A stretch of 64,000 bases of DNA from Candidatus Uhrbacteria bacterium (GCA_016844925.1 JAERTI010000038.1:66936-130935), one strand, 5' to 3'; counted from the first letter of the stretch, positions 18,609 through 29,512 are shown. Notes: generated by a model not told the origin, from the sequence alone. Program-made: numbers and translations.

Positions 18609-19850
18609 TTAAGACGCTCGGGAAACGTGCCTGCGTTGGTGGTAGTGGTGAATAGAGACTTTATCGAAGTGTTGTTTCGTCAGAAGGATGAGTCCTGCCA
18701 AGAGGAGGCCGAGACTCCCCACAGTAATAAACGCAAGAGATGGATTAAGCAGATCGATGAGTAATCCGATGACAATCGGGCCTGAGAGGGTGCCAAAGTC
18801 ACGCAGTGCCTCCATGATGCTATTTGTTTTCCCGTAATGACTTGGGCGTGAGAGCCGGCTCATGATGCCTTTTCCAGAGAGGCCTACAATCTCATTAACA
18901 AAACCGATACCGAGAATGGTTATCAGTAGGAAGATATAGTTCTGATCAAAAGCAAGGGCAAAGAAGAATACGGTGGTCATGCACAGGCCAAAGATGATGG
19001 AGCCAAGACGGTGATTGTCTGCCACGCGACCGATGGGGTCACCAAACAACGTGGGGATGTTCAAGAGGATGGCCATGAAGATGACTTGTGTGATAGAGGC
19101 TCCTTGGGTGAACGCAAAGATTGGAAGAACAAATTGCACCACGCTTTTAATAAATCCAAGGAAGAATACAAAGATGCCCACGACATGTAATCCAATGCCC
19201 CAATCTGTAAGTTCTTTTTTAAGACCACGGAAGAAATGTAGAGAGAGTTTGTGGTGATGAGTCTGAACGGACTGTTTGGTTGTTTGTGAGGGGAGCCAGA
19301 GCTGGATCATGAACACAGCGATCAGGCTGAATGGAATGATGAGAAGTGCGAGCCATTGGAATGAGACGTGTGGGACAATAAGAAGTCCTAAGAGCATAGC
19401 CCCTATGTAGACGAAGCTGCTGATTGAGTCGAAGTGCCCAAAGGCTGATGAGATGTGTTTATCCTTCACGGCGCGCATGTAGTACGTGGCCCGGCCGATA
19501 CTATCGAAGGCGTAGGCAAAGCCGTTAAGGAATCTCGCTACGACAATGAGAGCTGTGATACTAAAAAAAGCTGCGAGAGAATAGGAGAGACCGATGAGTG
19601 GGTAGGCAATGAGTCCTATTAGGATAATTTTCTTTGCTGAAATTTTGTCGACCAAGATTCCGGTGATGGGGAGGAAGAGGAGATAGGAGATGTCGTACGT
19701 AGCTTTTAAAAGCCCTGCGTTGGCAAAAGAATCTCCAAAAGAAAAAAGGAACAGAGGAAGGATGGGTTCGACAAAGCCCCAGCCAATCCATCGTATTCCT
19801 GTTGCCCAGGCAATAAGACTAATACCAGGTGAAAATTTTTTGTTCAGCAT
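18609..19850 (-). CDS. MFS transporter
   Basis: About 12 TM, G.LVDKISAK motif A; alternative start at 19889. Confidence 0.88.
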   Translation of the reverse strand: MLNKKFSPGISLIAWATGIRWIGWGFVEPILPLFLFSFGDSFANAGLLKATYDISYLLFLPITGILVDKISAKKIILIGLIAYPLIGLSYSLAAFFSITALIVVARFLNGFAYAFDSIGRATYYMRAVKDKHISSAFGHFDSISSFVYIGAMLLGLLIVPHVSFQWLALLIIPFSLIAVFMIQLWLPSQTTKQSVQTHHHKLSLHFFRGLKKELTDWGIGLHVVGIFVFFLGFIKSVVQFVLPIFAFTQGASITQVIFMAILLNIPTLFGDPIGRVADNHRLGSIIFGLCMTTVFFFALAFDQNYIFLLITILGIGFVNEIVGLSGKGIMSRLSRPSHYGKTNSIMEALRDFGTLSGPIVIGLLIDLLNPSLAFITVGSLGLLLAGLILLTKQHFDKVSIHHYHQRRHVSRAS

Positions 19851-19972
19851 ACGGCGTGTAGTATACAGGAGAGTTTTTGTTCTGAGCATGATAAAGAGGG
19901 TGGACGGCTATTTGTGGAGTGACACCATGCCAACAGAGTCTTGTTTCATGTAAACTAGAGGAAATATTTTCT

Positions 19973-22615
19973 ATGGCGAATACACCAACTTGGCACCACC
20001 TATCCGCAGACGATGTCCTTGATCATTTGAAGAGTTCAAAAGATGGGCTTGCTGTCGATCGGATAGAAGACCTTCAACAGTTGCATGGACCTAATGCGCT
20101 TCCGACAAAAAAGTCGGACGCTTGGTGGACTGTGTTGTTTAGGCAGTTCATTAGTCCGCTCATTTTGATTTTGATTGTTGCGGCGCTCATTAGCGTTGCC
20201 CTGGATGAGTGGGTGGACGTGGGAGTTATTCTTGCGGCTGTGGCGGTGAACACGGTGATTGGCTTTATTCAGGAATATAAAGCATCGAAGGCCCTGGCTC
20301 ACTTGAAGTCTCTTGTTCAGCCGCATGCGGTTGTCTTGCGCGGTGGGGCTGAGGTGGAGCTTCTCGCTGCGGAGCTCGTACCTGGTGATGTGCTTGTGCT
20401 TCAGACGGGTGATCGTGTGACAGCGGACGCACGTCTTGTTGAGGGAGTGGAGTTGTCTGTGAACGAAGCAGCACTTACAGGGGAGTCCATGCCGATCAAA
20501 AAGGCGGTGACGCTCCTTGAGCCAGGAGTGCCGCTCGCTGAGCGAACAAACATGCTCTATGCGGGCACCAGCGTTGTTGGAGGTAGGGGATTAGCCGTGG
20601 TGGTGGCTACAGGAGTGAAGACAGAACTCGGGAACATCGCCAAGCTTGTACAGGAAACGGAAGAGACTGACACACCTCTGCAGGAGCAGCTCGGCCGGTT
20701 AGCCCGTTGGTTGGCTTGGGGGGTTATGGGAGTCGTTGGGTTTTTGTTTGTGGCAGGTGTGTTCACAGGACGATCTACGCACGAGATGTTGGAGATGTCA
20801 GTAGCGCTTGCGGTGGCAGCGATTCCAGAGGGATTGATTGTATCTGTGACGATTATCCTCGCCATCGGTATGCAGCGCATTTTGCGTCGCAGATCGCTTG
20901 TCAGGCGGCTGGTGGCTGCCGAGACACTCGGAAGTGTCTCGATCATTTGTTCTGATAAAACGGGAACCATCACCGAGGGGGAGATGCGTGTGACGGACTT
21001 TATTGGACTCAAGGATGGGTATCGGGCAAAAGATCTTCCTGCAGAGAGACCTGCATTTGTTCAGCAGATGCTTGAGGTGATTGCTCTGTGTAACGATGCA
21101 AGTGTTGTGTCGGCCGATGAGGGGATGGTCCTCAAGGGGAGTCCGACCGAGCGTGCGCTCATGCAGGTGGTTCTTGATGTCGAGATAGATGTGCCAGCGT
21201 TGACGGCAGAGCATCCTCGTTCTGCGGAAATTCCATTCGACAGTGCACACAAATACATGGTGACGGCTAATGGCTGGCCTGAGGGTTCTCGGTATCTTTT
21301 GAAAGGTGCCCCGGGAATTGTCATGGAGTCTTGTGACAAGATTCAGTTAAACGGACGCCCAGTGAAGATGACGGATGCTCACCGGGAAGCTCTTGAGGTA
21401 CAGATTGCTGGACTTACTCAGAAGGGGTTGCGTTTGATTGCGACAGCATCGAGAAGCCACAAGGGCACTGTGTCTGACATGGGAGATCATGAGCTTGAGC
21501 ACTACACGTTCCTTGGATTGGTTGGGCTTCGTGATCCGCTGCGACCTGAGACCAAGGAGCAAATTGAGGCGGCAGCAGGCGCTGGTGTACGGACGATTAT
21601 TATTACCGGCGATCACCCAATGACCGCACAGGCGATCGGTGCTGAAGCGGGGCTTGTCGTGGGACCTGAGGGGGTGATTGTTGGACGCGTGCTTGACGAT
21701 TGGACAGATGAGGAGCTTGAGAAGCGTGTGGAGGATATTCATATCTATGCGCGTGTAGAGCCTCGGCATAAAATTCGTATCGTGAAAGCGTGGCAGTCAC
21801 GTGGCGAGGTTGTGGCGATGACGGGAGACGGAGTGAATGATGCGCCAGCCCTCAAGGCTGCTGATATTGGTATTGCGGTTGGTTCCGGAACCGAGGTGGC
21901 CAAGCAGGCATCCGATGTGGTGATCTTGGACAATAATCTTGGAACCATCACAGCTGCGATTGAGGAGGGGCGTGTGATCTTCGACAACATTCGCAAGACA
22001 ACGGTCTACCTCATGGCTGACAGCTTTACCGAGATGGTGCTCATTGGTGGTTCCATTATGATGGGGTTGCCGATTCCACTGCTGCCCGCGCAGATTCTTT
22101 GGATCAACTTGGTGGCTGATAGTTTTCCAAACGCAGGACTCACGCTCGAGCCTGGAGAGAAGGACATCATGAAGCAGCCTCCACGACCTCGAGACGAGGC
22201 GGTGTTGAATCGGGAAATGATGACGATCATTTTCTTGATTGGGGTCGTGACCGATGCGGTGTTATTCGTCTTGTATATCTGGCTCCTTGGATCCATTGGT
22301 GACATTGAGACGATTCGTTCTATCCTCTTTGCCGCTGTAGGAATTGATTCGCTGCTCTATATTTTTGCGGTGAAGAGTTTCCGCAAAAGCATCTTCCGCA
22401 TCAATCCATTCTCTAATCTGTACTTGGTCGGTGGAGTGTTCATCGGTTTTGGGCTCATGCTTTTGGCCCTCCTCCATCCATTCTTCCAGGAGATCTTTGA
22501 GATCGTGCCGCTGAGTTTGTCACACTGGATCCTATTGCTTATCATAGGAGTCATGAAGTTGGTGGCGATTGAAATTGCCAAGGAGGTATTCCTTATTCGG
22601 CCTAAACGAACGTAA
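19973..22615 (+). CDS. Cation-transporting P-type ATPase (P2A, Ca2+-like)
   Basis: TGES, IPEGL, DKTGT, KGAP, TGDGVND. Confidence 0.95.
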   Translation: MANTPTWHHLSADDVLDHLKSSKDGLAVDRIEDLQQLHGPNALPTKKSDAWWTVLFRQFISPLILILIVAALISVALDEWVDVGVILAAVAVNTVIGFIQEYKASKALAHLKSLVQPHAVVLRGGAEVELLAAELVPGDVLVLQTGDRVTADARLVEGVELSVNEAALTGESMPIKKAVTLLEPGVPLAERTNMLYAGTSVVGGRGLAVVVATGVKTELGNIAKLVQETEETDTPLQEQLGRLARWLAWGVMGVVGFLFVAGVFTGRSTHEMLEMSVALAVAAIPEGLIVSVTIILAIGMQRILRRRSLVRRLVAAETLGSVSIICSDKTGTITEGEMRVTDFIGLKDGYRAKDLPAERPAFVQQMLEVIALCNDASVVSADEGMVLKGSPTERALMQVVLDVEIDVPALTAEHPRSAEIPFDSAHKYMVTANGWPEGSRYLLKGAPGIVMESCDKIQLNGRPVKMTDAHREALEVQIAGLTQKGLRLIATASRSHKGTVSDMGDHELEHYTFLGLVGLRDPLRPETKEQIEAAAGAGVRTIIITGDHPMTAQAIGAEAGLVVGPEGVIVGRVLDDWTDEELEKRVEDIHIYARVEPRHKIRIVKAWQSRGEVVAMTGDGVNDAPALKAADIGIAVGSGTEVAKQASDVVILDNNLGTITAAIEEGRVIFDNIRKTTVYLMADSFTEMVLIGGSIMMGLPIPLLPAQILWINLVADSFPNAGLTLEPGEKDIMKQPPRPRDEAVLNREMMTIIFLIGVVTDAVLFVLYIWLLGSIGDIETIRSILFAAVGIDSLLYIFAVKSFRKSIFRINPFSNLYLVGGVFIGFGLMLLALLHPFFQEIFEIVPLSLSHWILLLIIGVMKLVAIEIAKEVFLIRPKRT

Positions 22616-22616
22616 T

Positions 22617-22766
22617 ATGACTCGCTCCAAGTATCCACGCTCACTGGCAAAGTATGTCCGCCAGCAGAAAGCGCTTATTCGACGGCAGACACAAAACAAG
22701 GAGGAGCAGGAAGCGCGCATCAAAGAACTTATTTCACGTATCGACGCATCGCGTCCATCCACATGA
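22617..22766 (+). CDS. Small basic hypothetical protein
   Basis: 49-aa ORF exactly filling the operon gap, overlapping the next start. Confidence 0.55.
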   Translation: MTRSKYPRSLAKYVRQQKALIRRQTQNKEEQEARIKELISRIDASRPST

Positions 22767-23338
22767 AACGTCCAGCCACTCTTTCTCAATTCCAAAAGCG
22801 GTATCACGGCCAGCAAGAGGCTCGCCGTGGGCTCATCGGGACATCTAACGAGGCTTTGAGTAAATCTAAGCGCGCCATTTTTGCGCTTCATCGAGACGAC
22901 CCTAAGGCCGCAGCAGACCTTCTTGTTCAGGCAGAGAAGTTGTTCACAAAAGCAGAGCGTTCATTCAAGAAGTTCCCCGCGCTCCGGTACGAGGGAGCCT
23001 ATAAGGCGGCTCTTGAGGAGTACGCCGAGGCGCTCTTGTTCGAACAATATTTGCGCACAGGAAAGCTGGGCAAGATTCACGAGCGGGCCATGGACCCGTA
23101 TGTGTACCTTGCCGGGCTTACAGATACGACCGGAGAGATGGTTCGCTATGCTGTCCGGCAGGTGACCCTCGGAAACATGAAGGCTGTTGGTGAAGTGTAC
23201 GATGCCGTTGAGATGGTAGTGGAGTACTTGCTGGACATGGACCTTACCGGGTATCTCCGTACAAAGTTTGATCAGGCAAAAAAGAATCTACGTCGCCTTG
23301 AGGGGATGACGTATGATCTAGCTATCCGTGACAAATAA
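22763..23338 (+). CDS. Translin/TRAX-like protein (archaeal-type)
   Basis: SKRAIFALHR, EEYAEA, YLAGLTDTTGEMVR, LRTKFD pattern. Confidence 0.8.
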   Translation: MKRPATLSQFQKRYHGQQEARRGLIGTSNEALSKSKRAIFALHRDDPKAAADLLVQAEKLFTKAERSFKKFPALRYEGAYKAALEEYAEALLFEQYLRTGKLGKIHERAMDPYVYLAGLTDTTGEMVRYAVRQVTLGNMKAVGEVYDAVEMVVEYLLDMDLTGYLRTKFDQAKKNLRRLEGMTYDLAIRDK

Positions 23339-23341
23339 ACT

Positions 23342-24001
23342 ATGCGTGCCCTAGATGACGAATACCCTTGGGTATTTGGGCGTGATGATATTGATTTACT
23401 TGAGGACGAGATCGAAGATCTCTTTCAGCAGTTTGGCCGTGTCTCTAGTAAATCAAGTGATGTAGAAGTGCAGGTGTTGCAGGAGCAGGTTGAAACAGAG
23501 GAGCGGTCAGATGCGGAGCTGGCAGAGCGTTTGGGGTTGAACATGCTTGAGCCGCGTGGGGAAACGTCATCGTCTGGAGGATTCCAGTCGTCACCGACAT
23601 CTTCTCCTCAGATCGACAACATGCGCCTGCATCCTCTCTATCAGCGTGCGCGTGCGTGGGCTCAGGAACTTCGCTCTTGGGCAAAGGTGGCTTACGAAAC
23701 AGGGACTCCTGGTAAGGGGGATGTGTTTCGTGTATATGCCAATGTAAATCTTGTTCCGATCAAACTCTTTACCGGGCTTCATGAGGAGCAGCATGGAGAT
23801 GCTATTGGCCTCGAGGTGGCCGAGCAGGAGTACCAACTCGCGCTCACGTACCTGGAGCGCATCATTGAGTCGCTTACGTTGGTGTTGGTATTGGAGGAAG
23901 GAATTGGGCCGCTTGTTTCTTTGCGTGGGCAGGCTGAGGAATTACGAGCGATTGTCGTTGGTCAGCTTGCCGCGGTTCGACGGAAGAAAGGACGGATATG
24001 A
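23342..24001 (+). CDS. Hypothetical protein
   Basis: Operonic ORF with backbone codon usage. Confidence 0.75.
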   Translation: MRALDDEYPWVFGRDDIDLLEDEIEDLFQQFGRVSSKSSDVEVQVLQEQVETEERSDAELAERLGLNMLEPRGETSSSGGFQSSPTSSPQIDNMRLHPLYQRARAWAQELRSWAKVAYETGTPGKGDVFRVYANVNLVPIKLFTGLHEEQHGDAIGLEVAEQEYQLALTYLERIIESLTLVLVLEEGIGPLVSLRGQAEELRAIVVGQLAAVRRKKGRI

Positions 24002-24660
24002 CAAAGCCAGCTGTTGCCGCGATCATTCCGGCATACAATGAAGAACAGACCGTGGCGGACGTTGTCCGTCCGCTTAAGGCCTCGCCCCATGTGGGAGAGG
24101 TTCTTGTTATTTCAGATGGGTCTACGGACCGCACGGTCGAAGTAGCTCGGGCTGCAGGGGCGACGGTGCATGAGCTTTCGGAAAAAGGAGGGAAGGGTCA
24201 GGCGATGTATCGTGCGCTCAGTTTTACAGATGCGCCCGTTGTTGCATTCTTTGACGCTGATTTAATTGGTCTGACACAGGAACATATCGAGCAACTTGTG
24301 CTGCCAGTCGTGTCAGGGAGCCGCATGATGAACGTGGGGGTGCGTGACAAGGGGCCGCTTGGCACGTTCATTGCCAAACACCTTCCGCTTGTAGGTGGAG
24401 AGCGAGTGATGTTGCGGCAAGTGATTTCAAGTATTGATCCAAAGTATTTAAAAGGATTCATGGTTGAATCATCGTTGAATTACTATTGCCGATCGCGCGG
24501 ATATAGTTATGGGGCGGTGATTTTAAGGGACCTCACCATGCGGCGGAAATTTCAGAAAGTGGGGCTGTGGCCGTCTGCACTGGAATATGTCAAAATGTGG
24601 TATGCCGTAGCGAAGGCGATGATTATCGTTCGTGTTGCGCGAGCACGTAAAGAATTTTAG
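23998..24660 (+). CDS. Glycosyltransferase family 2
   Basis: IIPAYNEE, SDGSTD, GKG, FFDADL. Confidence 0.92.
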   Translation: MTKPAVAAIIPAYNEEQTVADVVRPLKASPHVGEVLVISDGSTDRTVEVARAAGATVHELSEKGGKGQAMYRALSFTDAPVVAFFDADLIGLTQEHIEQLVLPVVSGSRMMNVGVRDKGPLGTFIAKHLPLVGGERVMLRQVISSIDPKYLKGFMVESSLNYYCRSRGYSYGAVILRDLTMRRKFQKVGLWPSALEYVKMWYAVAKAMIIVRVARARKEF

Positions 24661-24662
24661 GT

Positions 24663-26138
24663 ATGTCTATTGATTTGAGTTCCATTGATAATTTCCAAGA
24701 TGCCATGGTCACCGTGATGGGGCTTGGTCGATACAAAAAGGGAAGTGGTATTGGTGCTGCCAAGTGGCTTATGCGTCACGGAGCGCAGCTTGTGATCACG
24801 GATTTGAAAGACGAGGATGAACTGCATGAGAGCATTGATGAGATTGAGAAGTGGTACAAGCAGTACCGCGCGGAGTTTCCAGATCGGGAGATTTACGCGC
24901 CGGTGTTCGTGCTAGGAAAACATGACGCCGATAATTTCACGAACGTTGATCTTGTGGTGCAGAACCCGGGGGTGGCGCGTGAGAGTGAGTTCGTTGCGCT
25001 TGCCAAGGAGCAGGGAGTCCATGTCGAGTCAGACATCTCACTGTTCTTCCGTTACTGTCCGTTCCCGATTTATTCGATCACGGGAACCAGAGGTAAGAGC
25101 ACGACGACAGCCCTCATGGGAGAGATGCTCAAGCATAAAAACCCAAAAACGGTTGTGGCGGGAAACATCACACGGTCTCCGCTAGAAGATTTAGATTGGC
25201 TTCTTGAAGAGAAAGATCCCGTGCCCGTTGTTCTAGAGCTCTCATCTTGGCTTCTCGAGTCTCTCGAAGGGATGGGGCTTGGACCTCAAATTGGTGTGCT
25301 AACCAATGCCTTTAAAGATCACTTAGATCGTTACGACTCATTTGAGCATTACCTTTGGGCCAAGGAGTTGATCTTTCAGGAGCAGAATGAAGATCAGTAT
25401 GCGCTTCTAAATAACGACCAGGAGATCTCCACGGAGATTGCTGAGCGCATCCCGTCGAAGAAGAAGTTTTGGTTCGGGCAAGAGCCTCTTGCTGAAGGGA
25501 AAGACGGCGTGTTCCGTGAGGGTGACAATTTGGTTCGTCGCATCGATGGAGAAGACACGCCTTTTGCCCATGTGTACGATTTGAAACTTGAAGGTGATCA
25601 CAATATTACCAATGCTTTGTGTGCATCGCTCGCGGCACATTTGGCCGGTGTGAGCGATGACGATATTCATACAAGTCTGAAGGAGTTTGTCGGGCTTCCA
25701 GGTCGTCAAGAGATTCTTGGAGAGGTTGAGGGGGTTTTGTATGTAAACGACACAAACTCGACGTCACCTGAGGCGCTCATGGCCGCGCTTAAGCGATTTG
25801 GAAACGGTGGAAACATTGTGCTCATCACCGGTGGTAACGCAAAGGGCTTCACGTTTGAAGAGGTTGCCGAGATGATCGGAGAAGAGTGTAAGTTTGTGGT
25901 GCTACTCGAAGGAGGGGCAACCACAGAGCTCGAACAAGAAATAGGAGACCGCGCTCCGTCAGTGCGTGTTGATTCGATGAAGAAGGCAGTAAAGGCTGCG
26001 GTGGAGAACAGCACACTCGGCGATATCATCTTGTTGTCACCTGGTGCATCAAGTTTTGCCTTGTTTAAAAATGAGTTCGATCGAGGCGATCAGTTCAGGG
26101 CCGAATACGAAAAGGTGGTAAAGGCCTCCAAGCACTAA
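24663..26138 (+). CDS. murD: UDP-MurNAc-L-Ala:D-Glu ligase
   Basis: ITGTRGKSTT, ELSSW, DHLDRY, NDTNST, LLSPGASSF. Confidence 0.93.
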   Translation: MSIDLSSIDNFQDAMVTVMGLGRYKKGSGIGAAKWLMRHGAQLVITDLKDEDELHESIDEIEKWYKQYRAEFPDREIYAPVFVLGKHDADNFTNVDLVVQNPGVARESEFVALAKEQGVHVESDISLFFRYCPFPIYSITGTRGKSTTTALMGEMLKHKNPKTVVAGNITRSPLEDLDWLLEEKDPVPVVLELSSWLLESLEGMGLGPQIGVLTNAFKDHLDRYDSFEHYLWAKELIFQEQNEDQYALLNNDQEISTEIAERIPSKKKFWFGQEPLAEGKDGVFREGDNLVRRIDGEDTPFAHVYDLKLEGDHNITNALCASLAAHLAGVSDDDIHTSLKEFVGLPGRQEILGEVEGVLYVNDTNSTSPEALMAALKRFGNGGNIVLITGGNAKGFTFEEVAEMIGEECKFVVLLEGGATTELEQEIGDRAPSVRVDSMKKAVKAAVENSTLGDIILLSPGASSFALFKNEFDRGDQFRAEYEKVVKASKH

Positions 26139-26214
26139 GAGAAAAAACAGGCTTAAGGGCCTGTTTTTTGGTTTTATCGTGTGAAATCGGGGGATTTGGT
26201 AGAATAGGGGGGTT

Positions 26215-27516
26215 ATGAAACGATTGATTCGAGCGGTTGTCCCGGAGCGGATAATCAACGTGTATCACCGCGGCCTGGCACACCTGGCGGCTGTTTGGTA
26301 TCGGCACCCTTCTCGTGAGCTCACGGTGGTGGGGGTGACGGGGACAAATGGGAAATCGTCGACGGTGCAGTTTTTGGGACGACTCTTGGGGCACGCGGGA
26401 TACCGTGTGGGGTGGACGACCACGGCGAGTTTTAAGGTTGCGGACAAAGAATGGGTGAACGATAAGAAGATGACCATGCTCGGGCGCTTCCAGACGCAGC
26501 GACTGCTCAGAGAGATGGTAACGGCAGGGTGCACACACGCCATTGTTGAGACGTCTTCGCAAGGAATCCTGCAGTCACGTCACATCGGGATCGATTATAA
26601 GATGGCGGTGTTCACTAATCTCACACCCGAGCATATTGAAGCGCATGGAGGGTTTGAGAATTATAAGAAGGCTAAGGGGGAGCTGTTTCGTGTGGCGTCC
26701 GATGCAATCATCGTGAATCTGAACGACCCTCATGCTGAGTACTACCTCTCGTTTGAAGCAGAGCGTTATGGGGGGTTTGCCATTGAGGCTGTTGAGAAGA
26801 ATGCGACACGGATAACTCTTCCACCGGTGTTGGCCAAGGATGTGCAGTACGAGGCAACGTGCACGACGTTTACGCTTGGGGAGCATCTTGTGCACTTCAA
26901 GCCGATTGGTCGGTTTAATCTTGAGAATGCGCTTGCGGCTGCTGCCACAGCAAGGGCATTGGGTGTCGAGGAGAGGTTGGTTGCCGACGCTCTTGAGAAA
27001 CTTGAAGCTGTCCCTGGTCGACTGGAGCGCATTGAAGAAGGGCAGCCGTTTGAGGTGATTGTTGATTATGCCTATGAGCCAGCGGCACTCAATGCCGTGT
27101 ACGCTGCTGTTGAGCTGATGCGCACTCAAGGGCGTTTGATTCATATTGTAGGCTCCGCTGGTGGGGGGCGCGATGTGGCGCGACGAGAGATTTTGGGGAA
27201 GATGGTCGCCGAGCATGATGACCTTGTGATTGTGACGAATGAGGATCCTTATGATGAAGATCCGTGGCAGATAATTAACGACGTCGCAGACGCGGCAGCA
27301 GCAGCGGGGAAGCAGGATGATCTTGATCTGTTCCGTATTCTTGATCGACAGGAGGCGGTTCAGCGAGCTATCGATCTTGCCGAGCGTGGAGATCTAGTCC
27401 TCATAACAGGGAAGGGTTCTGAGCCGGTGATGGCGGTGGCCGATGGTAAGAAGATTCCATGGGACGACCGGGTTGCTGCTCGGAAGGCTTTACATCAACG
27501 ATATGGACGCACCTAA
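26215..27516 (+). CDS. murE: UDP-MurNAc-tripeptide ligase
   Basis: GVTGTNGKS, ETSS, TNLTPEH, VPGRLE, VDYA, TNEDP, GKG. Confidence 0.92.
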   Translation: MKRLIRAVVPERIINVYHRGLAHLAAVWYRHPSRELTVVGVTGTNGKSSTVQFLGRLLGHAGYRVGWTTTASFKVADKEWVNDKKMTMLGRFQTQRLLREMVTAGCTHAIVETSSQGILQSRHIGIDYKMAVFTNLTPEHIEAHGGFENYKKAKGELFRVASDAIIVNLNDPHAEYYLSFEAERYGGFAIEAVEKNATRITLPPVLAKDVQYEATCTTFTLGEHLVHFKPIGRFNLENALAAAATARALGVEERLVADALEKLEAVPGRLERIEEGQPFEVIVDYAYEPAALNAVYAAVELMRTQGRLIHIVGSAGGGRDVARREILGKMVAEHDDLVIVTNEDPYDEDPWQIINDVADAAAAAGKQDDLDLFRILDRQEAVQRAIDLAERGDLVLITGKGSEPVMAVADGKKIPWDDRVAARKALHQRYGRT

Positions 27517-28003
27517 GTTTCTACGACTCAAAGCAGAAGAGGAGGTGCTTGAGGTGCTGCGGGCTTCTCTGGCTCCGTACGTGCTGAAATTTATTCTGCT
27601 TATTGTTTGGCTTTTGCTCCCGTTCTTTTTCTTGTTTCCATTGCTGCGAGAAGGGACATGGGGCATTGTTGTCGTGACTCTTTGGATTCTTTCTGGAATC
27701 CTGTTACTCACTCGTGCCTATCTAAAATGGTCCCGCACACTTTTGGTTGTGACAGATCGTCGCGTGGTGGATCATGAGCAAAAAGGCTTTTTTCATCGTG
27801 TGGTGACAGAAGCGCGGTACGATCAGATTGATGAGGTGAGTTATTTTGTGAAAGGAATCCCGTCGACGTTGTTTCGATATGGCACCTTGCATATTCAGCT
27901 TGAGGGCTCTGCAGCAGATATTGAGGTGGCCCACATAAAACGACCAGCCCGTATTTCAGATTTGATTAACGACCTACGTAGCGAGGCACATGCCCAGAAA
28001 TGA
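27503..28003 (+). CDS. Membrane protein with bacterial PH domain
   Basis: Two TM then VVTDRRVV...GFF...YDQIDEV...YG pattern. Confidence 0.75.
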   Translation: MDAPKFLRLKAEEEVLEVLRASLAPYVLKFILLIVWLLLPFFFLFPLLREGTWGIVVVTLWILSGILLLTRAYLKWSRTLLVVTDRRVVDHEQKGFFHRVVTEARYDQIDEVSYFVKGIPSTLFRYGTLHIQLEGSAADIEVAHIKRPARISDLINDLRSEAHAQK

Positions 28004-28445
28004 TCGGTCATTTGCACAACGACTTATCCGGTGGCGATACCTCGTCGTCGTGAATTTATTGGTGATAGTTTTTTTAAGCATGTCATTGGGTCGTGAGGTG
28101 GTTAGGAATTCAACCATCGATGCGGAAATCGCGGCGCTGGAGACAGAGGCAGAAGAGTTGGCGACCAGGAATATTGAGATTAGTGAGCTCAAGACGGCCA
28201 TGCAGACAGAGTCATTTATTGAACGTGAGGCGCGACTAAAATTAGGAATGAAGAAGCCGGGAGAAACGGTTGTGGTGGTACAAGATGACGTCCAGCAACA
28301 AGAGCCGCTTACAGATGATGCGTACGATCCTCTTGGGTATGTAATGGGTATGGAAGAGTCCAGAGAGGTGGTTGCAAATCCGACCAAGTGGTGGTATTAC
28401 TTCTTCGACAAAACAACGTTTGATCAAATAAATTCGTATGAATGA
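27990..28445 (+). CDS. Septum formation initiator (FtsB/DivIC family)
   Basis: TM plus coiled coil plus IEREARLKLGMKKPGE. Confidence 0.85.
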   Translation: MPRNDRSFAQRLIRWRYLVVVNLLVIVFLSMSLGREVVRNSTIDAEIAALETEAEELATRNIEISELKTAMQTESFIEREARLKLGMKKPGETVVVVQDDVQQQEPLTDDAYDPLGYVMGMEESREVVANPTKWWYYFFDKTTFDQINSYE

Positions 28446-29394
28446 GGTGACCGAAAAGCCACAGGAGACAAAGGAGCAGCCTGAGCGCAGCGCATCAAAA
28501 ACAAAGAAGTTTCTTCAGACAACGAAGGGAAAAGGTATCGCCGCCGCTATTGTGGTGGTCGTTTTATTTGCTTGGGTAACCTCGCAGGTGTACAGCCGTC
28601 CTGTGACCGATGATCTTGTCCGTCGGGCAAGTGCTGTGATTCCGTATCCAGCCATCTCTGTGAATGGGACAACGGTTTCCATGAAAGAGTTTCTCATTGA
28701 ATATGACGCACTCTTGCAATACTTCGGTGGGAACAGCGGAGAGACGGCTCCTGCTGCCGATCAACTAGAGGTCGCTATTGCCGACACACTCGTGCATAAA
28801 ATTGTGATCGAGCAGCTTGCAAAAGAGCGTGGTGTAGAGCTCGATCAGGAGCGGGTGGATGCGTACTATCAGGACGTTCTCGCTGGGCAGCCCAGTGAGG
28901 AGACATTCATGCAGGAACTCGAAGAGACGTTTGGCTGGACAACGGACGAGTTTAAGGAGCGGATCATTACATCGATCGTTTTGGCGCTGCAGATGACAGA
29001 AGTGATTTTAGAAGATGAAGAACTTCAGGCTGAGCGTGCAGCACTGGCGCAGCAGGCGTATGACCGTGTGATGGGCGGAGAAGCCTTCGCCGTTGTGGCG
29101 AAAGATATTCATAGTGCGTTCCAGGGTCTCGAGAGCGATCTTGGGTATGTGAACTTGTCTGCCGTGCCCGAAAGTTGGTCTGCTGAGGTGGGCGCGCTCG
29201 AGACTGGTCAAGTAAGTGCTGTACTCGATTTACCTGAGGGGTATGCCATGTTCCGATTGGAAGACCGTGTGGAAGGTGAGGAGGATACAAGACTGCACCT
29301 TATGACGATTACAGTCCCAAAGATTACCCTCGAAGTTGTGGTAACGGAGTACCTGGAAGAAGCTGAAGTAAAGCGTTACGTGGGAGTAGAATAG
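28438..29394 (+). CDS. SurA/PrsA-like foldase
   Basis: TM anchor, SurA-N helical region, degenerate parvulin domain (DLGYV, GQVSAV). Confidence 0.75.
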   Translation: MNEVTEKPQETKEQPERSASKTKKFLQTTKGKGIAAAIVVVVLFAWVTSQVYSRPVTDDLVRRASAVIPYPAISVNGTTVSMKEFLIEYDALLQYFGGNSGETAPAADQLEVAIADTLVHKIVIEQLAKERGVELDQERVDAYYQDVLAGQPSEETFMQELEETFGWTTDEFKERIITSIVLALQMTEVILEDEELQAERAALAQQAYDRVMGGEAFAVVAKDIHSAFQGLESDLGYVNLSAVPESWSAEVGALETGQVSAVLDLPEGYAMFRLEDRVEGEEDTRLHLMTITVPKITLEVVVTEYLEEAEVKRYVGVE

Positions 29395-29436
29395 CTTGAT
29401 GGCGCAAAACGTCTTTGATACTATTGCGCCGCCCAC

Positions 29437-29512
29437 GCCACCGTAGCTCAGTTGGTAGAGCAATACTTTCGTAAAGTAGAGGTCGGCGGTTCAAATCCGC
29501 CCGGTGGCTCCA
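29437..29512 (+). tRNA. tRNA-Thr(CGU)
   Basis: Cloverleaf, loop TTCGTAA, GGTTCAAATCC, encoded CCA. Confidence 0.96.
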
